Of a stretch of DNA of 64,000 nt, positions 56,567-64,000 are shown piece after piece (the stretch's first letter is position 1; each line of letters opens with the position of its first letter). Source of the DNA: Candidatus Pacearchaeota archaeon (GTDB lineage Archaea; Nanobdellota; Nanobdellia; Pacearchaeales; GW2011-AR1); NCBI GenBank assembly GCA_041654895.1, contig JBAZCR010000001.1, positions 11,057 to 75,056 on the forward strand, in the 5' to 3' direction. A program made the translations under genes and the position numbers. The notes beneath the pieces were generated by a model. The model searched no databases. It was not told the origin of the DNA and saw only the letters and a program-made list of their open reading frames with translations.

Positions 56567-58111
56567 TTAAAATAAGGTTTTTTGTGCTTGTTTTTCTTTG
56601 TTAGAAATTTCTTTTTGTATTTCTTCAATTGCACTATGCATTCTTTTTTCTTTGTGAAATGAGGCATAATGATAAATTTGGTCTTTTGTATTTTTCGTAA
56701 CTAAAATTTTTAATTCTCCTGGTTTTAATCTTGCAGTTCTTCCTGCTCTTTGAATCTTTCTAATTGCTGAAGGAACTGGCTCGTAAAATATTACCATTGA
56801 AACTTCAGGGATATCTAAACCTTCTTCTCCAATAGATGTTGAGATTAATACATTTAATTTACCTTCTTTAAAATCTTCAATAATCTTTTTTTGTTCTTTT
56901 TGTTTTAGGCCTGTTGATTCTCCATAAGAATTTTGTTTAATTGCTTGTCCGACAAAGATTCCTGACTTTATATTTTCTATTTTATTTAGTTCTAGATTAA
57001 TCTTATTTACTGTTTCTCTAAACTGGGCAAATACAATTATTTTTGACTTCTTGTTTTGATTAATCTTTTCTTTTATTTGTTTTTTTAATTCTTCTAACTT
57101 CGGATGTTCTTCTGAGATTATTAAACTTAGAGAATAAGCTTTTGTAAATCTTGGATCTTTTGTTATTTGTTGAACTGCTCTTGATTGTTTTTCTGACGAC
57201 TGTTTAAATAAACCTTTCATATATTCTATAAAAGAAGTTAGTGTCTGGGTTTCAATTAAATCAATTGCATGCGAAATTTTTAATGCCTGAGCACAGAGAG
57301 AAACACCTTGCATTTTGTTTCCATCTTTTGATCTTTTTAATTCTTGCATTAATCTTGATTGTAATTTTAATATTTGAATTTTGTTTATCGGCCCGAATAC
57401 TAGTTTTCTTTCTTTTAATTGTCTTATCTTTTCATAATATATTTCTTCTAATAATATTTTTATTTCTAAAAACTCTTTTGGGAAATTAACTTCTATTTTT
57501 TCGAAATTAAGTTCTTGGAGATATTTTTTTACATCAGGAGAATCTCTAGTTCTTATTTCTACAGATTCTATTGCTAAATTATCACATACTTCTTTTATTG
57601 TTTTTTTATCTCCTCCGGGTGAGGCTGTTAAAGCTAATATTCTTGGATTTTGAGCTTGTATTTTATAGATTTTAGTAACAACATTATATGCATAATTTTT
57701 CATACATCTATGGGCCTCGTCGACAATTAAGAGAGATACTTCTTCTAAGTCATATAGCTTTTTTTTAAGATCATTTGCGATACATTGAGGTGTTGAAAAA
57801 ATAAATTCCGCAGTTTTCCATATCTTTTTTCTTAGATCTGATTTAGTTTTTCCAGTAAACAATTGCATATCTGCCCAATTACTAGGTAAAATGTTTTCGA
57901 AAGAATTAATATGTTGTTCTATTAATGGTTTAGTTGGTGCTAGGATTAGTATTTTTTGTAATGGATATTTCTTGAATCTTTCAACTGCCAACATAATCGC
58001 GATTAGTGTCTTTCCTGTTCCTGTAGGAAGTATTACTAGTGTATTCTTTTCTTTAGCAGTATTTAGAATATTTATTTGATAATCTCGAGGTTTTAAAGAT
58101 ATTTCATCCAT
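56567..58111 (-). CDS. hef: Hef-type (FANCM-like) SF2 helicase
   Basis: LKPRDYQINILNTAKEKNTLVILPTGTGKTLIAIM, IVDEAHRC (DEAH), SAT-like TASPGG, and helicase C motifs (...QRAGRTAR). Confidence 0.75.
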   Translation of the reverse strand: MDEISLKPRDYQINILNTAKEKNTLVILPTGTGKTLIAIMLAVERFKKYPLQKILILAPTKPLIEQHINSFENILPSNWADMQLFTGKTKSDLRKKIWKTAEFIFSTPQCIANDLKKKLYDLEEVSLLIVDEAHRCMKNYAYNVVTKIYKIQAQNPRILALTASPGGDKKTIKEVCDNLAIESVEIRTRDSPDVKKYLQELNFEKIEVNFPKEFLEIKILLEEIYYEKIRQLKERKLVFGPINKIQILKLQSRLMQELKRSKDGNKMQGVSLCAQALKISHAIDLIETQTLTSFIEYMKGLFKQSSEKQSRAVQQITKDPRFTKAYSLSLIISEEHPKLEELKKQIKEKINQNKKSKIIVFAQFRETVNKINLELNKIENIKSGIFVGQAIKQNSYGESTGLKQKEQKKIIEDFKEGKLNVLISTSIGEEGLDIPEVSMVIFYEPVPSAIRKIQRAGRTARLKPGELKILVTKNTKDQIYHYASFHKEKRMHSAIEEIQKEISNKEKQAQKTLF

Positions 58112-58145
58112 TTAGAAAAAATGTTAAAAGGGTTTATTAATATTT

Positions 58146-58430
58146 TTAAAGAAGTTCTTCTTCAAGAGGTAAATTTTCTCTTCTATCCAAAGGGATTGCA
58201 TTTTTACTAATAATTACAATATCTCCAATTGCTTTTACAAATTGCTGAGGAACTACGATGCCTCTTGCACCAGCAAGTAAGCTAATTATTTCTGCATCTT
58301 TTGCAACAATTCTCCAACCATCAATTCTATTCTCTGTAACTGTTAATTCATCTACTTTACCAAAAAATTCTCCATTATCAATATATACTTGTTTATCGAT
58401 AACATCTCCTATTTTTTTTATGTTTAACAT
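58146..58430 (-). CDS. PRC-barrel domain protein (paralog of 15154..15408)
   Basis: VIDKQVYIDNGEFFGKVDELTVTENRIDGWRIVAKD. Confidence 0.5.
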   Translation of the reverse strand: MLNIKKIGDVIDKQVYIDNGEFFGKVDELTVTENRIDGWRIVAKDAEIISLLAGARGIVVPQQFVKAIGDIVIISKNAIPLDRRENLPLEEELL

Positions 58431-58488
58431 ACTTATTTTTATTAGTCTTTATTTAAATATATTTCTATTTGTTTGAATATAATTTTTA

Positions 58489-58860
58489 TTAAATTAGGTA
58501 ATCAAATATGTTAAAATTGAAGAAAGGTATTCCTATATAATTTAAGGCAATAATTCCAAAAATACTAAGTAATAGTAGCACAAAAAATACTAGTAATATT
58601 ACTTTTGCTTTAGATAATTTTTTCTTTGTTTTCTTAGGTTTTCCTTTTTTATTAAGATTTTGTTCTGGGACTTTCCATTTTCCTATTTTTTCCAAATCCT
58701 TTCCAAAATTTTCATCAGATTTTGAGCCAGTTACAAATGTTAGAGCTTCATTAAAATCCTCTTCACTATAACCCTTAGAAACTATCTCTTTTTTTAATCC
58801 TTCAAGAGGGTATTTATCTTTATAAGAATTTAAATAATCTACGATAATTTGATTTACCAC
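58489..58860 (-). CDS. Hypothetical protein with Lys-rich linker and C-terminal TM anchor
   Basis: ORF only. Confidence 0.25.
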   Translation of the reverse strand: MVNQIIVDYLNSYKDKYPLEGLKKEIVSKGYSEEDFNEALTFVTGSKSDENFGKDLEKIGKWKVPEQNLNKKGKPKKTKKKLSKAKVILLVFFVLLLLSIFGIIALNYIGIPFFNFNIFDYLI

Positions 58861-58912
58861 TTGTCACCTCTTAAAATAAGTACTCTTAATAATTATTTAA
58901 AGCTTACTATTC

Positions 58913-59407
58913 TCAATTTTCTTTTTTATTATTCGTTTTTTTGCTACTAATTATTACCCAAATGATTAAACCAATTACTACAATTAAAAAAAAGAAATTT
59001 AAGAAGGAATTGTTTCCTATACTACTAAACCAACTGGAGATTTTATCATATAAATTTGTCACACTTAAAATAACTCCTATAACAAATATTCCTACTAGTA
59101 TTCCTATTCCTATTTTTAATTTGTTTGGCAAACCATTTGATAAATCTCCATAAACAAATCCAAATAATATCATGAACAACAATAAAGCTGTGACGCCAAC
59201 TGCTAACCAGGGCATAAACTCTACAACTATATCTCTAGGTCCTGGAAATGTAATTAAAATTAAACCTATTAAAAGAGATATTAAAGAATTTATTTGATGT
59301 TTACCATCGCCAAAAACTTTTGATTTTTCTAAAATTGCAAAAATTACTACAAAGACAAGTAAAAATGGTAATAACATTGTTGTCAAAAAAGTTTCTGCAA
59401 ACACCAT
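58913..59407 (-). CDS. Small 4-TM membrane protein, paralog family member C
   Basis: LLVFVVIFAILEKSKVFGD motif, as in the two genes at 48.5-49.5 kb. Confidence 0.35.
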   Translation of the reverse strand: MVFAETFLTTMLLPFLLVFVVIFAILEKSKVFGDGKHQINSLISLLIGLILITFPGPRDIVVEFMPWLAVGVTALLLFMILFGFVYGDLSNGLPNKLKIGIGILVGIFVIGVILSVTNLYDKISSWFSSIGNNSFLNFFFLIVVIGLIIWVIISSKKTNNKKEN

Positions 59408-59481
59408 ATTATTTTTATTAAAGAGAAGTTTAAATACTTTTAGATAAACTATTTAAAAATGATTTGACTACTTTAAATTAT

Positions 59482-59552
59482 GATCCTGTAGTCTAATGGT
59501 AGAACACATCGCTGACTTCGATGAGGTCCAAGTCCGATTCTTGGCAGGATCA
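59482..59552 (+). tRNA. Probable tRNA-Val(GAC) with atypical T-loop
   Basis: Acceptor GAUCCUG/CAGGAUC, U8, 7-nt D-loop containing GG, anticodon arm CAUCG-CUGACUU-CGAUG (U33, anticodon GAC), T-arm CCAAG-UCCGAUU-CUUGG, discriminator A. One D-stem mismatch. U37 and C55 are unusual. Confidence 0.5.
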
Positions 59553-59602
59553 TTTGATTATAATAATAAACTTTAAAAATAACCTTTGAATCTAGATTTT
59601 AT

Positions 59603-59675
59603 GCCTGCATAGCTCAGATGTTAGAGCATCTGCCTTGTAAGCAGAGGGTCGGGGGTTAGAATCCCTCTGCAGGCT
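59603..59675 (+). tRNA. tRNA-Thr(UGU)
   Basis: GCCUGCA-UA-GCUC-AGAUGUUA-GAGC-A-UCUGC-CUUGUAA-GCAGA-GGGUC-GGGGG-UUAGAAU-CCCUC-UGCAGGC-U. Anticodon UGU. Confidence 0.75.
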
Positions 59676-59717
59676 TTTGATAATTAACCTTATAAATTTT
59701 ATTCTATTTTTGGTTTT

Positions 59718-61235
59718 ATGGTTATATCTTTAAAAAAACTTTTTCCTTTAAAGAAGTCAGAATTAACGTTATTATTTATGGTAATAATTTTATTATCTTT
59801 ATCTAATATTTTACCTTATTTCTTTCAGGACTCAATTAATAGAGGGTTTCCATTACATAATGATGAGTTATTTCATTTAAACCAAGCAAAACATCTTAGA
59901 AGTGGTAGTTATGAATTTAATTCTTTAAGTGGTTTAGAAATTGGTTTTCACTTTTTTTTATTTTTCTTAGACCTTTTTTTTGATTTAATTAAGATTTACC
60001 CACTTTTATCTCTTATTTGGATGTTTATTACTTCAATAATTATTTTTTTAGTTACTTTTAATTTGACAGAGAAGAATTATTTTGTTTCTTTATTTACACT
60101 TATCTTTTTTGGTTCTATAGGAATAGATAATCTTTTTTTAGGAATGTCTTTTTTTACACCATTAGCATTTTCAATTCCATTTATCTTTATCTATATTTAT
60201 TTGTTTTTTGAAGGATTAAGAACTGAAAATAAAAAATTTCTTTTCTATAGTTTTTTATTTATGATGCTTTTATTATTTTTTCATCCTGCTTCAATTGTAT
60301 TTTTTATACCTCTTATGGTATTCCAACTTTTCAAATATAAGCCCTTTATAATAAAAGAAAAGAAATTTTTCTCAATTTTTTTAGTGATACCTTTAGTTGC
60401 TTTATTCTTTTATATTCTTTTAATAAAAGGTTATTTTAAATTTGATTTTATTTTAAATTTAATCTATTTTCAGAAAGACTGGGCTAGTATTGAAACTCTT
60501 AAAAAAATAAAATTCACTAAACTTTATTCACCCTTTAATTTTTTTTTATCTCTTATTGGAATTTTTTATTTATTTTTGAAAAGAAAAAAGAAATATTACC
60601 CTTATATTTTACTGGTTTTCTCTTTATTTCTAATCATTATATGCTTTAATCTTTTTTCTTTTTCTTTATTTGGCCCAGCCCAAAGAATCTACTTTTATTT
60701 TTTAATTTTTCTCCCTTTATTTAGTGCTTTTGGGCTTTTTTTTATCTTTAGAACGATACTTGATTTTTTAAACCAAAAGAAAATTAGTAAATTATTTATA
60801 ATTATGATTCTTATCTTAATTTTATCTATTTCTTTATTTTTATCTTATTCTTCTTCCATTTCTGAAAAAATAAACTTTAATTCTTTTATTAATTTGAATA
60901 AAAATGAATATGATGTATTGAGATTCTTATCTAAAATAGACTCTGGGAATATTATTGTTCCATTGAATCATTTATCTCCTTTTATTAAGTCGTTTGCGGG
61001 TCAAGAGCCTGTTAGTACATGGTATTTCTATCATCCTGAAAGAAGGCAGACAGTAGACTCTTTTTATTCAATAGATGATTGTAATTTAAAAGACTCTGTA
61101 ATTAAATATTATCATTTAGATTATGTTTTATCTACGAGATTAATTTTATGTGAAGAATTTAAATTAATATATCCTGTAGGACCTTATGTTTATGATGTTT
61201 CTTATTTGTCTAAAAACTATTATACTAAGGTGTAA
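59718..61235 (+). CDS. Polytopic membrane protein, possibly a GT-C-fold glycosyltransferase
   Basis: About 11 N-terminal TM helices followed by a C-terminal soluble domain of about 100 aa. No diagnostic motif such as WWDYG was found. Confidence 0.3.
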   Translation: MVISLKKLFPLKKSELTLLFMVIILLSLSNILPYFFQDSINRGFPLHNDELFHLNQAKHLRSGSYEFNSLSGLEIGFHFFLFFLDLFFDLIKIYPLLSLIWMFITSIIIFLVTFNLTEKNYFVSLFTLIFFGSIGIDNLFLGMSFFTPLAFSIPFIFIYIYLFFEGLRTENKKFLFYSFLFMMLLLFFHPASIVFFIPLMVFQLFKYKPFIIKEKKFFSIFLVIPLVALFFYILLIKGYFKFDFILNLIYFQKDWASIETLKKIKFTKLYSPFNFFLSLIGIFYLFLKRKKKYYPYILLVFSLFLIIICFNLFSFSLFGPAQRIYFYFLIFLPLFSAFGLFFIFRTILDFLNQKKISKLFIIMILILILSISLFLSYSSSISEKINFNSFINLNKNEYDVLRFLSKIDSGNIIVPLNHLSPFIKSFAGQEPVSTWYFYHPERRQTVDSFYSIDDCNLKDSVIKYYHLDYVLSTRLILCEEFKLIYPVGPYVYDVSYLSKNYYTKV

Positions 61236-61457
61236 ATAAAAGGACTAATTGCAGAACTTTGACCTATGTAGATTAATAAGCCTGCAATTATTAAGATAAT
61301 TATTAGTGGTATCAACCACCATGCCTTTCTTTCTTTTAAAAAGCCCCATATTTGTTTTAAAAAACTTTTATTGTTCATTCTTTTTCAACAAACTTAGAAG
61401 ATAAAAATCTTTTGTTTATATAATTAATCTTTTAAATCTTATTAGTTTATTTTATCT

Positions 61458-63290
61458 ATGATATTCTTAATTCTTCTTTTTGGAACTTTATTTTTTTTTA
61501 TGTCTGGTTTTTTATTAGTTTATCTATTTTATAAAAAACTATCTTTAAGTGAATGCATTGTTTATACTAGTATTTCTTCTATTTTTATAATTACTCTGAT
61601 TTGTTTTTTATTAGTCCAATTTAAATTGTTCAATTTTATTAATATTATTTTTTCCCTTTCATTTGTTCAGGTTTTCCTTTTAATTATTATTCTTTTTAAG
61701 AGAAAAACTTTATCTATTTATTATGATCCTTCTTTTCATTTCCATTTTCTATTTTCTATCTTGGGGATATGCTGGAGATGGTTTTTCAGAATTTCTTCTT
61801 TTAAATGGGGTGATGGAATTACGAGCCATATTGATAAGATAATTATAGAAAATTTTTTTATACAGGGTTTTAATCTTTCTATCCCTAATGTTGGTTTTTA
61901 TACTGGGATGTTATTTGATCATTCAACCCTAATTGCAGGAGATCTTGCAAATTATTTTTATTCTTTAATAGGATTTAGTAAGTTCTTTACTACGTTTATA
62001 TCTGTTTTCCTTCTTTCTTTTTTTACTTATAAGCTTATTTTTATCTATACAAAAAAAAATAATTTAGCTTTATTAGGCTCATTTATTCTTGCTTCTCTTG
62101 GACCTATAGAAATTTGGTTTAACACTTTTTCTTTTTTTGGATGGAGAACTTCTTATATTGGTCTAATAAGTTTATTTATTTTATATTTAACTAAAGAAAA
62201 ACCTTTTTTTTATTTAACTTTATTAATTATAATTCCGTTATCTTTAAGTTATTATACTGCTTCAATAGTTTTAATCTTAACTTGTTTAGGCTTTTTATTT
62301 TCTTTAATAATTTCCAATATTCTAAATTCTGAAATAAGGAATGTCAAAACTGCATTTAAAAAAATAATAAAAGATAAAAAATTTCAAGAATTTTTATTTA
62401 TTCTTGTTCTTTTAATTTTGTTTTTTATCCTTTTTGCAGGGAATTCTTTAATTAAACATGCAAGCGATACTACTTCTTCAATTTTATCTTTATATGATTC
62501 TTCTTATTTTAGTTCTATAAGCTCTAATTTATCTTTTATATCTAAACCTCTTTATCCTTATCAAAATAAGTTTAAATTTATGAATATAAGTGCTTTAAAT
62601 TGGCAAAATTTATTATTTTTATTATTTATTTTCCTTTTCTTTGTTCAAATCCTTTTTCTTAAAAAGAAAAATAAATATTTATTCTTTAGCTATGATAAGA
62701 ATCTTTTTTTTATTTTAATTCCTGCATTTTTTGTTTTTTTATCATTTTGTTTAGTAAACTATGAACAAAGAGGTTTTTCATATCTTTTTTTTCTCACCTT
62801 TTTGATTTTAAATATACCTAAAAAATATTTTTCTATATTTGCGACACTTTTAATTTCATTCTTTTTGATTACAGGTTATTTTGAAAATATAGAGAGGAGC
62901 TCTTTTTTTAAGTATGATGAAGAAGAAATATCTGGTATAAAATGGGTTATTCAAAATTTAGATGGAAAAATTTTAAGTGATGAAAGATTTATTAGCCTTT
63001 TAATTGAAGAAGGATATTATAATGTTACAGGTTTTTCGGATAATTCTTTTTTTATAAATACTCTTTTTTATGATAATAATACTTCAAATATTAGAGAATC
63101 CTTTTCTTTTTTGGATGTTGATTATTTTGTAATAACTAGAAGAATGAAGGAAGACTATATTTTAATGTTGAGTTTTCCTCAAGAACCTATGAATAATTCA
63201 CAGATTTACGATTCTTTTTTTAAAAAAATCTATTCAAATAAAGAAATAGAAGTATATTCTATTCGCCGTGGACTGTTAAATATTTCTTAA
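61458..63290 (+). CDS. Polytopic membrane protein with C-terminal soluble domain, possibly a GT-C-fold glycosyltransferase
   Basis: About 13 TM helices and a C-terminal domain of about 150 aa. Neighbours a polysaccharide-export-type ABC ATPase. Confidence 0.3.
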   Translation: MIFLILLFGTLFFFMSGFLLVYLFYKKLSLSECIVYTSISSIFIITLICFLLVQFKLFNFINIIFSLSFVQVFLLIIILFKRKTLSIYYDPSFHFHFLFSILGICWRWFFRISSFKWGDGITSHIDKIIIENFFIQGFNLSIPNVGFYTGMLFDHSTLIAGDLANYFYSLIGFSKFFTTFISVFLLSFFTYKLIFIYTKKNNLALLGSFILASLGPIEIWFNTFSFFGWRTSYIGLISLFILYLTKEKPFFYLTLLIIIPLSLSYYTASIVLILTCLGFLFSLIISNILNSEIRNVKTAFKKIIKDKKFQEFLFILVLLILFFILFAGNSLIKHASDTTSSILSLYDSSYFSSISSNLSFISKPLYPYQNKFKFMNISALNWQNLLFLLFIFLFFVQILFLKKKNKYLFFSYDKNLFFILIPAFFVFLSFCLVNYEQRGFSYLFFLTFLILNIPKKYFSIFATLLISFFLITGYFENIERSSFFKYDEEEISGIKWVIQNLDGKILSDERFISLLIEEGYYNVTGFSDNSFFINTLFYDNNTSNIRESFSFLDVDYFVITRRMKEDYILMLSFPQEPMNNSQIYDSFFKKIYSNKEIEVYSIRRGLLNIS

Positions 63291-63990
63291 TTGTATCTTT
63301 GGGGTTTCCTTCTTCTTTTATGACTCCATCCTCTATCCAAATAACTTTATTACAATATTTTTCAATCATTTCTAAATCATGACTTACTAAGATAATACTT
63401 ATACCTTCCTTAACAAGCTGTTTCATTTTTCTAATACTTTTTTTTCTAAACTTTTCATCTCCAATTTCAAAAACTTCATCTAACAATAATATTTTTGGGT
63501 TACAATAAATTGCTGTTGAAAACGCGATTCTTTGTAACATTCCATTGGAGAATTTATATAATTTGGTATTAACATATTCTTCTAATTCAGAAAATTTGAT
63601 TATCTCCTTTATTCTATTTTTAATCTCTTTTTTACTCAATCCAAATAGAATTCCTAATAAATAAATATTTTCTTTCATTGTTAGCATATCTTGAAGTCCA
63701 GTGTATAAATTAATCATAGAGATTATTTTTCCATTTATTTTTATCTTACCTTTATCTTGCTTATATATTCCTGAGATGATTCTTAATAGCGTGCTCTTTC
63801 CTGATCCATTTTTTCCTATAAGTCCAACTATCTCATTAGAATTTATCTTAAATGAAATATCTCTTAATACTTTAGTAGATTCTTTTTTAAATTTTAAGAG
63901 GTTCAGATTTAATATTGTTTTTAGAATAGGCTTGGAATATTTTTCCTTCTTAAATTCTTTAGAAATATTTTTTATAATCATTCTTTCCAT
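63259..63990 (-). CDS. ABC transporter ATP-binding protein of the TagH/Wzt/KpsT polysaccharide-export type
   Basis: Walker A GKNGSGKSTLLRIISG, signature FSNGMLQRIAFS, Walker B ILLLDEVF, H-loop SH, and the TagH-like linker ...GLQDMLTMKENIYLLGILFGLSKKEIK. Confidence 0.7.
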   Translation of the reverse strand: MERMIIKNISKEFKKEKYSKPILKTILNLNLLKFKKESTKVLRDISFKINSNEIVGLIGKNGSGKSTLLRIISGIYKQDKGKIKINGKIISMINLYTGLQDMLTMKENIYLLGILFGLSKKEIKNRIKEIIKFSELEEYVNTKLYKFSNGMLQRIAFSTAIYCNPKILLLDEVFEIGDEKFRKKSIRKMKQLVKEGISIILVSHDLEMIEKYCNKVIWIEDGVIKEEGNPKDTIKKYLTVHGE

Positions 63991-64000
63991 GTCTAAATCC

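Noticed and set aside
1-64000. CRISPR arrays, rRNA genes, IS elements with terminal inverted repeats
   Set aside because: No regularly spaced direct repeats, no GC-rich rRNA-like blocks, and no transposase-like ORFs were seen anywhere in the window.

Overview
AT-rich (about 27-30% GC) archaeal chromosomal window. The combination of a PolD-type polymerase, Orc1/Cdc6, TFB, aEF-1beta, the r-proteins L21e/L18e/S8e, many tiny proteins and an abundance of pilin-like genes points to a small-genome, probably host-attached, DPANN-like archaeon (inference). Layout: (1) 0.4-5.2 kb: the conserved archaeal translation/transcription cluster L21e-RpoF-DUF655-S13-S4-S11-RpoD-tRNA(Leu)-L18e-L13-S9. (2) 5.2-9.1 kb: a permease and a P-type ATPase. 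(3) 9.1-14.8 kb: an accessory-looking block on the minus strand holding a catalytic-domain-less recombinase-domain protein, a DUF3800-like protein, a XerA tyrosine recombinase with a dif-like 28-mer, an HNH endonuclease and Zn-ribbon proteins. The same block has two convergent paralogous coiled-coil/wHTH genes (13180..13848 +, 14021..14728 -) whose DNA and upstream regions are saturated with a 12-mer, CTGTCCAAACAG. (4) 16.1-16.35 kb: a strong replication-origin candidate, two perfect inverted-repeat pairs flanking an extremely AT-rich stretch, immediately upstream of orc1/cdc6. This is followed by PolD DP1, an inserted GT2 glycosyltransferase plus a hypothetical protein, then PolD DP2, and then a Zn-ribbon/aEF-1beta pair. 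(5) 25.9-40.7 kb: a large surface-appendage locus. It contains an A24 prepilin peptidase, at least 11 genes with class-III (type IV pilin-like) signal peptides including Cys-rich large ones, a secreted protein, and a 1607-aa giant protein whose C-terminus carries a recent perfect 240-bp tandem duplication. A TadC/FlaJ-like platform protein (41.8-44.0 kb) and an extended FlaI/TadA-like ATPase (46.2-48.5 kb) lie nearby. Two near-identical tRNA-Leu genes that differ only in the anticodon arm sit in inverted orientation at 4.0 and 33.8 kb. (6) 48-64 kb: paralogous small membrane proteins, a DRG-like GTPase, a Dph6-like PP-loop ATPase, an M16 peptidase, a Hef helicase and an XPF/ERCC4 nuclease encoded as two separate adjacent genes, two tRNAs (Thr, probable Val), two GT-C-like polytopic membrane proteins and a TagH/Wzt-type ABC ATPase. 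No rRNA or CRISPR arrays were seen. The ORF track evidently labels TTG/GTG-extended starts as M, so several starts were trimmed to internal ATGs.
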